DNA of 41,625 nucleotides from a virus (taxonomy: Duplodnaviria > Caudoviricetes). The stretch lies in IMG/VR virus record IMGVR_UViG_3300046380_000010, positions 1 to 41,625 of that record, one strand, 5' to 3'. A program made the translations under genes and the position numbers. Under the pieces are notes generated by a model that was not told where the DNA came from, made no database searches, and worked only from the letters and a program-made list of their open reading frames with translations. Within the stretch, counting starts at the first letter, position 1; the number at the start of each line of letters is the position of its first letter. Below, piece after piece: positions 9,401-18,223 of this stretch.

Positions 9401-10555
9401 AGAGCGACCACAAAGGGCTACAGCACGGCATTCAGCCGAGACGCGATAGCAGAAGCACGCGCCGCCCTGAAAACAGGTATGAACCGCGCCGATGTCTTGC
9501 ACGGTGGACACGACCCTGCGTTTGCGGAAGCTCCATCCGTGGCGAACTTCCCCGGTCGCGTTCACAAGGCGATCAAGACGCCGATCCAGCTTGCCGCCTA
9601 TGAGAAGAGTATAGTCAAGCAGGAGGCATGGGCACAGCGTCGGGGCCTTGACATCGACGACGACGGCGTAAAGGCGGCGATGGAGGCGCGCGCCTATCTG
9701 GAGAGCAAACGTGCTATTCTGATGCAGGAGAACACGGTAACGAACCTATACAGCAAGCATGTCCTCCGGGCTTTAGAGAGAAGCGGTACGCAGGCAGGCC
9801 GTAACGTCGCCGCAGGACTCCGTACCGCTATGCCGATCGTCAGCGTCCCGACGAACTTTGCCGGAGAGGTGGGGTTGCATGTTGGAGGCGCGGGACGTGC
9901 GGCGTTTGAAGTAGCGATGGCGAAGGGGATCGACAACCTCACTCCGGAGCAGGCCGACATCGTGACGCGCGCTCTGAAGAAGCAGAGCGTCGGCGTGGCT
10001 CTAGCGGCTATCGGGTGGTACAATTACAAACAGTTCGGCGGCTACTACACAAAGGGCGGGAACAAGACAAACGACCTCGATCCCGGCAGCGTGAAGATCG
10101 GCGTAAAGATCATTCCGACACTCGCAATCAAAGACCGCCGTCCTTCTATTGCTTGGACAAACGAGATCCCGCACACTTTCCTTCACTCTCCACAGGTGGA
10201 AGTGATGACGATGTTCGCAGACCTTCACCAGCGATATGACAACTGGAAACAGACAAAGAGTAGCGAGACACGCGTAGGAGACTCTGCCCTGAAGACGGCG
10301 GAAGGCTTCGGAGAGAGCATCCCCTTCCTCGAAATCTTCAGTGAGTTCGCCAAAGCCGAAGAGAGCCCGAAGGCAGGCGCGGTGAAGTTTGGGGCAACCG
10401 TTGGCAGTGTGACGATCCCCGGCCTCCTTCCTGACGTGGCTTCGATGGTGGACAAGGACAGCAGAGGCAAGACACGCAAGCGTCCACCGCAGGGCGGTAT
10501 GGACGCGCTCAAGATAAGCGCAGGACTCAGGACGCTCGTTCCGGAGAAGAGGTAG
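6428..10555 (+). CDS. Large putative ejection/DNA-transfer protein (1375 aa)
   Basis: Largest ORF; N-terminal MPDGNVISFPAGT motif, Gly-rich hydrophobic segments and long coiled coils. Confidence 0.6.
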   Translation: MSDITVAMPDGNVISFPAGTDKDTIQRVAHDYASKNQSRVNSPKPAPTQDFTKNLRTPQRSGPEPGSLADTLSKPIFIDAPRADVDKFKADFFNTFNPDANAPMKAAVALAKNPNDPKINAQIEKMHPVSRQAIREKAAEFRSTSQMQVHPFSPLSTPPTFTDPDTGQIAPSPTIGDATAALIHGPEGANQLATRPGAAAEAERFAIHAGDPESLAFIAAATAIGGMGAIAKVGSTVIKGSHLVEGGFAGLSVQQAVPKIAQGDYGGAAVDLFAGIGLPAALHGAGKVIEPIRAAGKAIPAITDIGDPTLTRGATQRLSAKAEARKAIANEPGQPINDAERDSGKHGAEVGAGTPAKESKSVPQVDDAAVPAASPVRETASNEGRNSDAGSGVKLGKIRPKEGATEAQKQEIAAHNAALDAKRKFSIDPEKQPAPESPHGDSANQTKLANEHVSEERKRYGLDSLPDAIPDSHASAYERALATGEHNKALTTAQEVLDKSRAMTIEEAAGNSMKQHEVKNTVNDLAKKIWAGVDAGTDTTELQAQYDSAREDFRLLTDASKRSGTLQSQAFSFRQEVMDDYSHNNLMQRLEEARPEQPLTPQETEKASRLAAETEKATAEHEATQTDERKSQLAAEEHVEKLQRENRRQVRTETKAKILKDREEIQRRFIQKSTKFHAGIDLSLVKEIGELAASHVKEGVLTVEDLVDKVHEFVSDHLPDVTKREVRDAISGYGYDKPIRPATVLGDLKEQARLMSKIEDVHDPLPPGTPRVVSDAVMKLREEYKQAKEKMSPEEKALVATKQQIENLQKKIKAGDVSGPKRLITVDTEEMRAAKRQLKDTRAKYNALVKAAKVANMVVPPDPFANYKAKLDTKIADIERQIAAGVKDPPKTKARRVYDAEVNQKRAEVERLKKMQDQMVASRKTKTRLQKFARYHRAVILSRVSTLGKLGGAAGERLAFDPLEDVAGKMLEAIPGYGKIARMSPNARGSLRATTKGYSTAFSRDAIAEARAALKTGMNRADVLHGGHDPAFAEAPSVANFPGRVHKAIKTPIQLAAYEKSIVKQEAWAQRRGLDIDDDGVKAAMEARAYLESKRAILMQENTVTNLYSKHVLRALERSGTQAGRNVAAGLRTAMPIVSVPTNFAGEVGLHVGGAGRAAFEVAMAKGIDNLTPEQADIVTRALKKQSVGVALAAIGWYNYKQFGGYYTKGGNKTNDLDPGSVKIGVKIIPTLAIKDRRPSIAWTNEIPHTFLHSPQVEVMTMFADLHQRYDNWKQTKSSETRVGDSALKTAEGFGESIPFLEIFSEFAKAEESPKAGAVKFGATVGSVTIPGLLPDVASMVDKDSRGKTRKRPPQGGMDALKISAGLRTLVPEKR

Positions 10556-10565
10556 AGGATAAAAG

Positions 10566-10763
10566 ATGATCGATCAGAGGTTTGTCAAGTTAACCCACGC
10601 GGGAGAGTCGGGCTATTCCAACGCGAAAGTTTATCTGGATAGAACGACGAAACTGGATGCATTGGTGAGGGGAATCTGCTTCACGGAGATTTACTTCAAC
10701 GGTCAAAAAATACACGTACAGGAAACGCCGGAGCAGATACTCAATATGCTCTATGGAGATTGA
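10566..10763 (+). CDS. FlbD/SwrD-like small protein (copy 1)
   Basis: FVKLT...IHVQETPEQILNML matches the FlbD-family pattern. Confidence 0.6.
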   Translation: MIDQRFVKLTHAGESGYSNAKVYLDRTTKLDALVRGICFTEIYFNGQKIHVQETPEQILNMLYGD

Positions 10764-11058
10764 CATGATTGGCGAATTGACAGGTTTCACGTCGGCAGAG
10801 TGGGTAGGTGAAGACACACAACCCAAGAGTGATCGCAGTCTATGGAAGTCCTTCGGTGAAGAGAAGCCGGAGGATGTGACCTATGTTCTCGTTTACGACC
10901 CGAAAACAGCAGCGACAGGTCTATACCTCTACTGTGAGGATGCAACCGGAGCAGAGCGTCTTGACTTGCAGAACGTTCTCAACCACAGTACTCCTACAAC
11001 CTGGGATATAAACGACCGGTGGCTCTGGATGATCTTCTTGCCGCCTGCGGAGGAGTAG
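10753..11058 (+). CDS. Hypothetical protein, DUF551-like
   Basis: W.S..EEKPED..YVLV...WM..LPPA pattern. Confidence 0.5.
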   Translation: MEIDMIGELTGFTSAEWVGEDTQPKSDRSLWKSFGEEKPEDVTYVLVYDPKTAATGLYLYCEDATGAERLDLQNVLNHSTPTTWDINDRWLWMIFLPPAEE

Positions 11059-11060
11059 CT

Positions 11061-11390
11061 ATGCAGAGTATCGAGCAGTCGGTATATATCCCCGGAGAGG
11101 AGATCGTCTTCAGTGAGTGGGCAGGAAGAGCGGACGGAAGTTGCAGGCGCATCATCCTCTGCACCGCCTGCGCCCTCCATCACGAACTCACGCGGAGTGA
11201 CACCTTCGCCGGAAACATATCCGAAACCAACAAGGCGGAGAAGGTTGCGCTTCAGTGGATGATAGAGCGCGGTTGCAAGCACATCACGCGCGGCCCCGGG
11301 ACGAAGTCCCTCTCACCCTCTGAGATCGCAGGGGAGATAGGCAAGGGCAAGTCACGCGCAGCAGGCGCAAAAGGAGCAGCGAAGAAGTGA
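11061..11390 (+). CDS. Hypothetical protein with CxxC
   Basis: GGAGG RBS before MQSIEQ...; stop overlaps the next start. Confidence 0.6.
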   Translation: MQSIEQSVYIPGEEIVFSEWAGRADGSCRRIILCTACALHHELTRSDTFAGNISETNKAEKVALQWMIERGCKHITRGPGTKSLSPSEIAGEIGKGKSRAAGAKGAAKK

Positions 11391-12634
11391 GGTATGAAGA
11401 GTACACCTGCTGTGTGGTCGATAACGGCCTGTTTACGTCCCTGGCGCAACTCCTGACGAAGGATTTTGGTCAGGTGATGTACGCCTCTCCGTGGGTATGC
11501 GCCTTTCCTACCACAAACATGCTTACAATCGGAGACGGCATCTCTGGAGTGAAGCGCATTGACAGCATATGGGAGCATATCGACGACATAGACCTCTTTG
11601 TATTTCCGGACATTAACGACGGGGAGCTTCAACTCTACTTGGAGAGTATCGGGAAGCGTGTCTTCGGCAGCAGGCGAGGTGAAGAACTGGAGAACATGCG
11701 AAGGGCGTCTAAGGAACACCTATCGTCTCTAGGGCTTCATGTTGCGCCCTACAAGGTCGTTCACGGACTACCTGCGCTCCGGACCTTCCTGAAACGCAAT
11801 GAAGATCAGTATGTCAAGATCAGCAGGACACGCGGAGACGGCGAAACCTTCTTTGCAAAGAATTACATGAACATAGAGCCGCGACTTGACACGCTTCAAA
11901 TGAAGGTGGGTGCGCTCGTCAATGAGATGGAGTTCATCTGTGAACCGAAGATCAAAGACGCCTGCGAGGTGGCGTTTGACGGCTACTGCATCGACGGGCA
12001 GTTCCCCTCTCAAGCCTGTTACGGCCTGGAAGCCAAAGGTCGCGCCTACGTGGGACACTTTACTGACTATGACAACATGCCGGATCAGATTACAGAGCCG
12101 AATGCAAAGATAGCCCCAACCCTCAAGAGTTACGGCTACCGAAATTTCTTCGCAATGGAGGCGCGCATCACCGCAGATGGCACTCCCTGGATCATCGACC
12201 CCTGTATGCGCTTCGGCTCTCCTCCTTCGGAGATGCTGCAAGTCATGTATTCCAACCTGGCAGAGATATTTTGGGAGGGTTCTGCCGGAAATCTGGTGGA
12301 ACCGGTTCCTGCCGGAGAGTGGGGAGCAGAACTTGTCCTGCACGCGACATGGGCGGAAGAGAACTGGCTTGAGGTACAGTCCCCAAAGGATCTTGAGCCG
12401 TTCGTCAAACTGCGCAACCTTACAATCGTGGACGGACATAAATACATCGTGCCTTCCGGAACCGGTATAGGAGCCGTAGTTGCTGTAGCAGAAACCCAGC
12501 AGAAAGCGATAGATCTCTGCATAGAGCGTGCCGACAAGATCGAAGCGTACACTCTGGAGTATGCAAAGGAAGCCTTTCAGGAGATCGATGAGCAGGCGAA
12601 GCTCATGAAGAAGTACACCGGAGTAACTTTCTGA
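11387..12634 (+). CDS. PurD/GARS-like ATP-grasp ligase
   Basis: 415 aa. VFGS...ELE..R..SK, YVK, FICEPKI..ACEVAFDG and IDPCMRFGSP parallel GARS motifs (IFGP...LE.SK, VVK, IEE.L.G.E, EFN.RFGDP). Confidence 0.7.
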   Translation: MRYEEYTCCVVDNGLFTSLAQLLTKDFGQVMYASPWVCAFPTTNMLTIGDGISGVKRIDSIWEHIDDIDLFVFPDINDGELQLYLESIGKRVFGSRRGEELENMRRASKEHLSSLGLHVAPYKVVHGLPALRTFLKRNEDQYVKISRTRGDGETFFAKNYMNIEPRLDTLQMKVGALVNEMEFICEPKIKDACEVAFDGYCIDGQFPSQACYGLEAKGRAYVGHFTDYDNMPDQITEPNAKIAPTLKSYGYRNFFAMEARITADGTPWIIDPCMRFGSPPSEMLQVMYSNLAEIFWEGSAGNLVEPVPAGEWGAELVLHATWAEENWLEVQSPKDLEPFVKLRNLTIVDGHKYIVPSGTGIGAVVAVAETQQKAIDLCIERADKIEAYTLEYAKEAFQEIDEQAKLMKKYTGVTF

Positions 12635-13047
12635 TGAGGTCTCCGCGCGGCCCTAAGCCTGATATAATCGAAGAACTCAACTCCTCCTCTGGCGGCCTCC
12701 TTACCGACGACCACTATGAGAAGATGATTGCCTCCCTGAAGAAGCGCAGTGAGGAGGGCGATCCGCACGCCACGAGGCAGATGCTGGACCTGTACCAGCA
12801 GGCCGCAGCCTCAAAGGCGATGGACTTTGTTTTAGAGGTGACGCCCTACGACATCCCCGACAGGAAGCTAGGAGAGATCATCAAGCAGGCCGATGCTCCG
12901 GTAGTGATGGAGATCCTTGCAGGATTGGCAGACCGTCTCCTGGCAGACCGTTTCTCGGTTGCGACCTGTCAGACCCTCGTAGCGCTGCAACGCCTCTTCA
13001 GTGAGGAGGCAGAGCGCATCTATGCCCCACCGAAGGAGGATGAGTGA
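12634..13047 (+). CDS. Hypothetical protein, candidate terminase small subunit
   Basis: Helical 137-aa ORF with L.KR..EGD..A motif, upstream of TerL. Confidence 0.4.
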   Translation: MRSPRGPKPDIIEELNSSSGGLLTDDHYEKMIASLKKRSEEGDPHATRQMLDLYQQAAASKAMDFVLEVTPYDIPDRKLGEIIKQADAPVVMEILAGLADRLLADRFSVATCQTLVALQRLFSEEAERIYAPPKEDE

Positions 13048-13048
13048 T

Positions 13049-13633
13049 ATGGACGAACCATACAGCGGTAAATTTTCTAAGGAAGTCAGGGACGCTTGGC
13101 TTGGACGTAATGCGTCCTTTCATCCGGAGATAATCTCTCCTAGTGCATCTCTATTGGAAGCGGTGGATTCTATATGGCCTAGCGTTAAGGGGGACACGGT
13201 GAGATTCAGAGACAAAGCAAGGAAGGTTTTCATTGACATACAACGCCATTGTGTTGGCAGTGACCATGCTATCAGTAAGATAGAAGCGGCGATGGATGAG
13301 GCATACAAAGAAGGTCTGTCGTCGAACTTCGGGGAGATGCGAATCAGTCGTACAATTGGTCTATTAACCATGCGTAACCTCGACTTCGCCTTGACGGTGT
13401 ATTGCGACCACGGATACAGGTCTGTGGAAGGTGTGGAGTATTTCCAGATCACGTCCGTCAACGAGGAGGGCAAAGAGCATTTTCAGGGGGAAATGGCCTA
13501 CCTTGCATCTGAAAACATGGTCTGGTGTTGTCTCGGAAAAGACGTGGAGACGCTGACAGCATATTCCCTGATAGAGGCGATCAATCAGATTAACGACGCA
13601 CACCGGGTGAGGAGCTACGTATCCGTTGAGTGA
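13049..13633 (+). CDS. Hypothetical protein
   Basis: AGGAGG upstream; fills the gap to the terminase and overlaps its start. Confidence 0.6.
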   Translation: MDEPYSGKFSKEVRDAWLGRNASFHPEIISPSASLLEAVDSIWPSVKGDTVRFRDKARKVFIDIQRHCVGSDHAISKIEAAMDEAYKEGLSSNFGEMRISRTIGLLTMRNLDFALTVYCDHGYRSVEGVEYFQITSVNEEGKEHFQGEMAYLASENMVWCCLGKDVETLTAYSLIEAINQINDAHRVRSYVSVE

Positions 13634-15020
13634 CCTGCGGCGGGTGTCTATGCGGTGTACGGCGGCGCAGAGGCTATTCCTTGCCCTTGCGATCTATGCC
13701 ACATGGCAGGTAAAAGTCGTTGCATTCGGGGGAAGCCGTTTTGGAGGAAAAACCCACATGGGGTGCCTTGTGGTTGTATTGCGCGCCCTCCTATTCCCCG
13801 GCACGAAGCATCTATGTCTGCGGCAGGTACTCTCTGCGGCGGATGCCAACATAGGCGAACAGATCAAACAGCACCTTGAATCCTTCGGCCTGAAATTAGG
13901 TCTGCGCTCTCGTGGGCTGATTTCTTTCACCGACAACAAGTTCACCTTTCCGAATGGATCGGTCATTCAACTTGGATACGGCAAGCGTGAGAGTGATTAT
14001 GAGATCCACGTCGGTACGCAGTGGGACACGATCTGGATCGAGCAGGCGGAACAGTTCACGAAGAAGTTCTTCGACAACCTGCGCGGCTCCAACCGTAAGA
14101 GCAAGGACACCGAGTGCGTGCCGATCTTCCTCCTCACCTTCAACCCCGGCGGCAGGGGCAGCGAATGGCTTCAGAAGCATATCGTCGAAGAGAAGACGCG
14201 CGACATGCACACGGTCTTCGTCAAGAGCGTCATCCGTGAATGCCTTGCAACCTTAGAGCAAGATCCGAACTACATCCTGCGCTCCCTGAACCGCATCAGC
14301 GACCCGATCCGGCGCGCGCAGTGGCTGGAAGGGGACTGGGACGCAAAGAGCGGCGCGTACTTCCGCTTGGAACCGAAGAACCTGGTTGTGATGACGGTGC
14401 CTCCGTGGGCGGATTGGTACGGGGGTGTGGACTGGGGCCGTGCAGCGCCCTTCTGTTACCTTCAGGCAGCGCACTGGCAGGAGCAGGGCGACAAGTGGGG
14501 CAATCCCGGCAGGCGGCATATCCACATCGCAGGGGAAGTCTACCAGCGTCACCTCGATCTCGACATTCAGGCGCAGCGCAGCCTTGAGCAGGACGCGGCC
14601 CTGCGGCGCTCTAACCCATTCATGCACGAGATCGAGATACGCTACGCCGATCCCCGTGTCTTTGACAGTATCGAGAGTGAGAGCAACGACGCAACCAGAA
14701 GCAAAGCCGATGTATGGGCAAAGCACGGCTTCTTCGTCTATCCGTCTCTGCGCTATTCCCGCGTTGCCCGTTGGGAACTGATTCGTTATCTGTTGCGGCA
14801 TGGTATACTCACGATAGACCCGGAAGCCTGCCCGAACGGTGTCAGTGAGTTCCGAAAGGCAATCTACAAAGAGGGCGAAGAAGACCTGGATCAGAAGAAG
14901 TGCATGGATCACTTCCTAGACGCCCTGTCCTACGTGATATGCCCGCTATTCGGTCTGGACTACAGCGAGGAACAGCCTGTCATGCCAGGGTACGGTCAGG
15001 TAGAGTTGAGGATCGCATGA
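13626..15020 (+). CDS. terL: Terminase large subunit
   Basis: Walker A GGSRFGGKT, Walker B IWIEQAEQF, coupling motif TFNPGG, nuclease motifs GVDWG, YADP and DHFLDALSY. Confidence 0.93.
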   Translation: MSDLRRVSMRCTAAQRLFLALAIYATWQVKVVAFGGSRFGGKTHMGCLVVVLRALLFPGTKHLCLRQVLSAADANIGEQIKQHLESFGLKLGLRSRGLISFTDNKFTFPNGSVIQLGYGKRESDYEIHVGTQWDTIWIEQAEQFTKKFFDNLRGSNRKSKDTECVPIFLLTFNPGGRGSEWLQKHIVEEKTRDMHTVFVKSVIRECLATLEQDPNYILRSLNRISDPIRRAQWLEGDWDAKSGAYFRLEPKNLVVMTVPPWADWYGGVDWGRAAPFCYLQAAHWQEQGDKWGNPGRRHIHIAGEVYQRHLDLDIQAQRSLEQDAALRRSNPFMHEIEIRYADPRVFDSIESESNDATRSKADVWAKHGFFVYPSLRYSRVARWELIRYLLRHGILTIDPEACPNGVSEFRKAIYKEGEEDLDQKKCMDHFLDALSYVICPLFGLDYSEEQPVMPGYGQVELRIA

Positions 15021-15241
15021 ACCATTCGGAAGTGAAACTGATCTCGTGGGGATTCGGGGCCTATCCGATCTGCTCCTGTGGCTGGCATGGCACGGTACAC
15101 AGAGGAACGGACAGTAAGCAGGCCGCAAAAGACGAGTGGAGACAACATGTAAAGGAGCGACAGAGATGCTTAGAATTGACAAGATTAACTTCAACCCTGA
15201 ATTCAAGTACAGGTGCGAAGTCTGCGGAAGTGAGAGAGTAA
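15017..15241 (+). CDS. Small hypothetical protein (CSCGW motif)
   Basis: ATGA overlap with the terL stop; CSCGWHG...W.QH. Confidence 0.55.
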   Translation: MNHSEVKLISWGFGAYPICSCGWHGTVHRGTDSKQAAKDEWRQHVKERQRCLELTRLTSTLNSSTGAKSAEVRE

Positions 15242-15381
15242 CGAATATTCCGGACAGCAGGGAGTTTTGTAATCACAGCAGGCTTCCTGATACTATGGCT
15301 GTGCGTATGGCGTATGTTCCCTCCTATTCTCCTGAATTGGAAGAGAAAATGCGTCAGTTTATAACTTCTCCGGAGGAATAG
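15166..15381 (+). CDS. Small Zn-ribbon-like hypothetical protein
   Basis: AAGGAG RBS; YRCEVCGS...FCNH. Confidence 0.55.
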   Translation: MLRIDKINFNPEFKYRCEVCGSERVTNIPDSREFCNHSRLPDTMAVRMAYVPSYSPELEEKMRQFITSPEE

Positions 15382-15382
15382 A

Positions 15383-15577
15383 ATGCTAGTCATCCTGAGA
15401 CTGACCGATCTGAATGACATCTGTCGATGGTACAACATTACAGATATTCGTATTATTGATGCTTGCTTGAATCTCGGAGGGAGTACCCTTCGTTATTCGG
15501 ACGGGCAAATACTGAATGTTAAGGAGTCTCCTGACGAGATAATGCAAATGGTTCGCAAGGAGGTCAGGAATGCCTAA
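15383..15577 (+). CDS. FlbD/SwrD-like small protein (copy 2)
   Basis: ILRLTDLN..WYN..DI..I....STLRYSDGQILNVKESPDEIMQMV. Confidence 0.65.
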   Translation: MLVILRLTDLNDICRWYNITDIRIIDACLNLGGSTLRYSDGQILNVKESPDEIMQMVRKEVRNA

Positions 15578-16022
15578 ATATCGCTATGAATGCCCCGTCT
15601 GTCAGAGGATCGTCCTCCGCTACAAACGACTAGCGAATCTGGACGAAGAGGAGTACTGTGTTCACCTTTACGTACCAGATCACCCGGAGCAAAATGTAGC
15701 TTACCCTATGCGCCGCCTCTTCACGGCATCTTTTCAGATCATCGGCAGACCTCAGAAGGATGAGAGGGAAAACGATCTGTACGGTATCATCACGAATGGC
15801 GGGGATGCGGGAGACAGACTGAAAGCCATGAGGAAGGACGCCGAACTGATGGAGCGAGACGCCGCATCTATGCCCGACGCCCCGAAGCCCTACGGTACAG
15901 AGGAGATGCTTGACAGTGGCCTCTTGCAGGCAGCAAGGTGCGGCAACTCCGGCCTGGACAAATGGTGTCAAGAACAGATCGTAGAGCGCGAATACAAGGA
16001 AGACGAGGCGATCACAGCATGA
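15570..16022 (+). CDS. FmdB-like zinc-ribbon protein
   Basis: MPKYRYECPVC start and later MRRLFT motif; typical position near the portal. Confidence 0.65.
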   Translation: MPKYRYECPVCQRIVLRYKRLANLDEEEYCVHLYVPDHPEQNVAYPMRRLFTASFQIIGRPQKDERENDLYGIITNGGDAGDRLKAMRKDAELMERDAASMPDAPKPYGTEEMLDSGLLQAARCGNSGLDKWCQEQIVEREYKEDEAITA

Positions 16023-16204
16023 ACCTGAATGAGCGGTTTTTCAAACTGCATCACGCGTCGGGAAAGACATTCTGGTTGTCGCGTGCTGTAAAAGTAGATG
16101 CCATACTCGCAACAGACGGGGGCTGCATGATCTATTTTGCGGGAGATTATGCGGAAGTAAAAGAGACACCGGAAGAAGTCTATGAAGTGATGGAGAAGCA
16201 CTAG
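16019..16204 (+). CDS. FlbD/SwrD-like small protein (copy 3)
   Basis: FFKLHHASGKTFWL...MIYF...EVKETPEEVYEVM; ATGA overlap. Confidence 0.6.
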   Translation: MNLNERFFKLHHASGKTFWLSRAVKVDAILATDGGCMIYFAGDYAEVKETPEEVYEVMEKH

Positions 16205-18211
16205 GTGCCTGAACTCAGCAATAACGAAATTATCGGTAGGGTGCGTTACGCTTCGGAATGGTTGAAGATGTTTCGGCAGAGCGACCTCACGGCCTCAAAC
16301 CAGTATATCGACGCTAACGGCAGCACGTACGGCGACGATATGGGGTGGGACGATGAGCGGGGCGATCCGTTCCGGGATATTGCCGATGTGCCTGATGTCG
16401 TTCCGATCGGTCAGCCCAACTACATGGCGATCAACCTGGAGATTTCCGCCGCCGCCCTCTCCTCCCAAACTCCCAAGCTCCACATCCGCGCCGATGAGGC
16501 TCCGGACGGCTTCCCCAACTCTCCCGCCATTGTGCAGCAGGCATGGCAACAGACGTGGGTAAACGGCGGCTTCAAGCGGAACATGCGCGCCGCCTGGATC
16601 AAGCGCAAGATATGCGGATTGGGCTGTCTCTGGTATCGGTGGGATGAAAACCACGGATTTGTCATCGAGCACGTCACCTCTAACCGCTTCTTCTTCGATC
16701 CTCACTGCACCGATCTGTCTCTGAGGAGGGTTCGTTATGCGGGTGTGGCTATTAATATGCCCGTATCGGAGGCGATCCGTCGCTATGACCCCGATGCAGA
16801 GCATGACTGGTTCACCGTTTCCGACAACGACCCCGACGCAGGACCGCCCGATGGAGCCTTCAAGCGAGCGCTCTCCCGAATAAAGGAGGCGTTCTCCTTC
16901 ACTGGCAGCGGGGAGAGTGACGCAAACGGGTACGCCTCGCAGGAGAAGACGACCTGCCGCATCTATATCTACTTCGACATCGACCGTGAGGTTCACATCT
17001 ACAACGATCAGATCGTTCTGGATAAGAAGAACCTGTACGGCAAAGTGCCGCTACTCTTCAAGGGCCTCTTCATCGATCCCCGTGACCGCATCCTGCCTCT
17101 GGGCATGAACGTCTTCGCACGTGGCCTTAATCAGGCCCTCGTGTGGCTCTCACAGATCGCTTGGAACACCGCAAAGAACGGCGCTCCGATCACCTTCTTC
17201 GACACGAATATCATCAAAGGGCCTGAACGCACCGCCCTTGAGAACGGCTCTGCATCCCAGATGGTAGGCGTTGGAACGCCCCTGAACAAGGACCGCCCTC
17301 CCGTAATCCGGATCCCGGGTGAACAGTTGCCTCCTGCATTCGGGACTGCGCGGATGGACAATCAGGTGGCGCTGGACAGCATCATGGGAGCCTCTTCAGG
17401 GATGCGTGGGGAGACGCCTGCGGGGGTGACGGCGACGGCGGCGATGCTCTCTGAGAGTAAGTCGAACGCGATGATGGTGGATGAGCAGTTCGAGTTCGAG
17501 GAATGGTGCAGTGACGTGGCAACCGCCTTCGTGATGTGTACGCAGAAGTTCGGAGGCCCGGAGAAGGGCAAGGATACTCCTACAGAGGTAAAACTGCTCT
17601 GGCACGCTTTTATGGCGGTGAAGTCTATAGGCGTCGTAACCGGCAGTACCTCCTTCTCTAATCCGGCAACCGAACTGCAAGCCTCCATGCAACTTTACAC
17701 TACGGTAAATCAGTCGATCGAGGGCTGGTTGGGATTGGCAGCAAAGGGGTTGGTAACCAAGATACCGAATGTCGAGGCGATCTTTGAGGATATGCTCATT
17801 GCCTTTAATCGCACAAATACTGATCTGTACTGGAAGCCTGCGCCGCCTCCACCACAAGGCCCGAGCACGTTGCCTCCCGACATTGTGAAGTGGATGCAAT
17901 CGAACTACGACGGCGCACCGGAGGACGTGAAGCGACAGATCGAGCAGGCAGTCGGCTTGAAACCCTCTCAAATGCCCGTACAGCAGGATGACGGCGGCGC
18001 GGCGGCAGGACAACAGACTGCACTGCTTCAGGCGCGTATGGAGGCTCTGAGGATGCAGCATCAGACGGCAGAGCACCAACAGGACCAGGTGCATGACTAC
18101 CGCATGAAGGCTCTCGACACGGCCTCTCAGATTGCCATACAGCAGCACAGAGCGGCCACCACGCCGCCGAAAACACCTGCAAATGGTGCAGCAAGCAGGA
18201 AAAAGCCGTAA
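16205..18211 (+). CDS. Portal protein (P22-like, with Gln-rich C-terminal barrel)
   Basis: 668 aa between terL and scaffold; ICGLG, FFFDP and GVTATAA motifs; Pro/Gln-rich tail. Confidence 0.85.
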   Translation: MPELSNNEIIGRVRYASEWLKMFRQSDLTASNQYIDANGSTYGDDMGWDDERGDPFRDIADVPDVVPIGQPNYMAINLEISAAALSSQTPKLHIRADEAPDGFPNSPAIVQQAWQQTWVNGGFKRNMRAAWIKRKICGLGCLWYRWDENHGFVIEHVTSNRFFFDPHCTDLSLRRVRYAGVAINMPVSEAIRRYDPDAEHDWFTVSDNDPDAGPPDGAFKRALSRIKEAFSFTGSGESDANGYASQEKTTCRIYIYFDIDREVHIYNDQIVLDKKNLYGKVPLLFKGLFIDPRDRILPLGMNVFARGLNQALVWLSQIAWNTAKNGAPITFFDTNIIKGPERTALENGSASQMVGVGTPLNKDRPPVIRIPGEQLPPAFGTARMDNQVALDSIMGASSGMRGETPAGVTATAAMLSESKSNAMMVDEQFEFEEWCSDVATAFVMCTQKFGGPEKGKDTPTEVKLLWHAFMAVKSIGVVTGSTSFSNPATELQASMQLYTTVNQSIEGWLGLAAKGLVTKIPNVEAIFEDMLIAFNRTNTDLYWKPAPPPPQGPSTLPPDIVKWMQSNYDGAPEDVKRQIEQAVGLKPSQMPVQQDDGGAAAGQQTALLQARMEALRMQHQTAEHQQDQVHDYRMKALDTASQIAIQQHRAATTPPKTPANGAASRKKP

Positions 18212-18214
18212 ACG

Positions 18215-18223
18215 TGTTATAAT
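18215..18223 (+). promoter_or_regulatory. Extended -10 promoter for the scaffold-capsid operon
   Basis: TGTTATAAT (TGn-TATAAT) immediately after the portal stop. Confidence 0.6.

Noticed and set aside
14802-14809. GGTATACT inside terL as an internal promoter
   Set aside because: It lies in coding sequence with no convincing -35 and may be chance.
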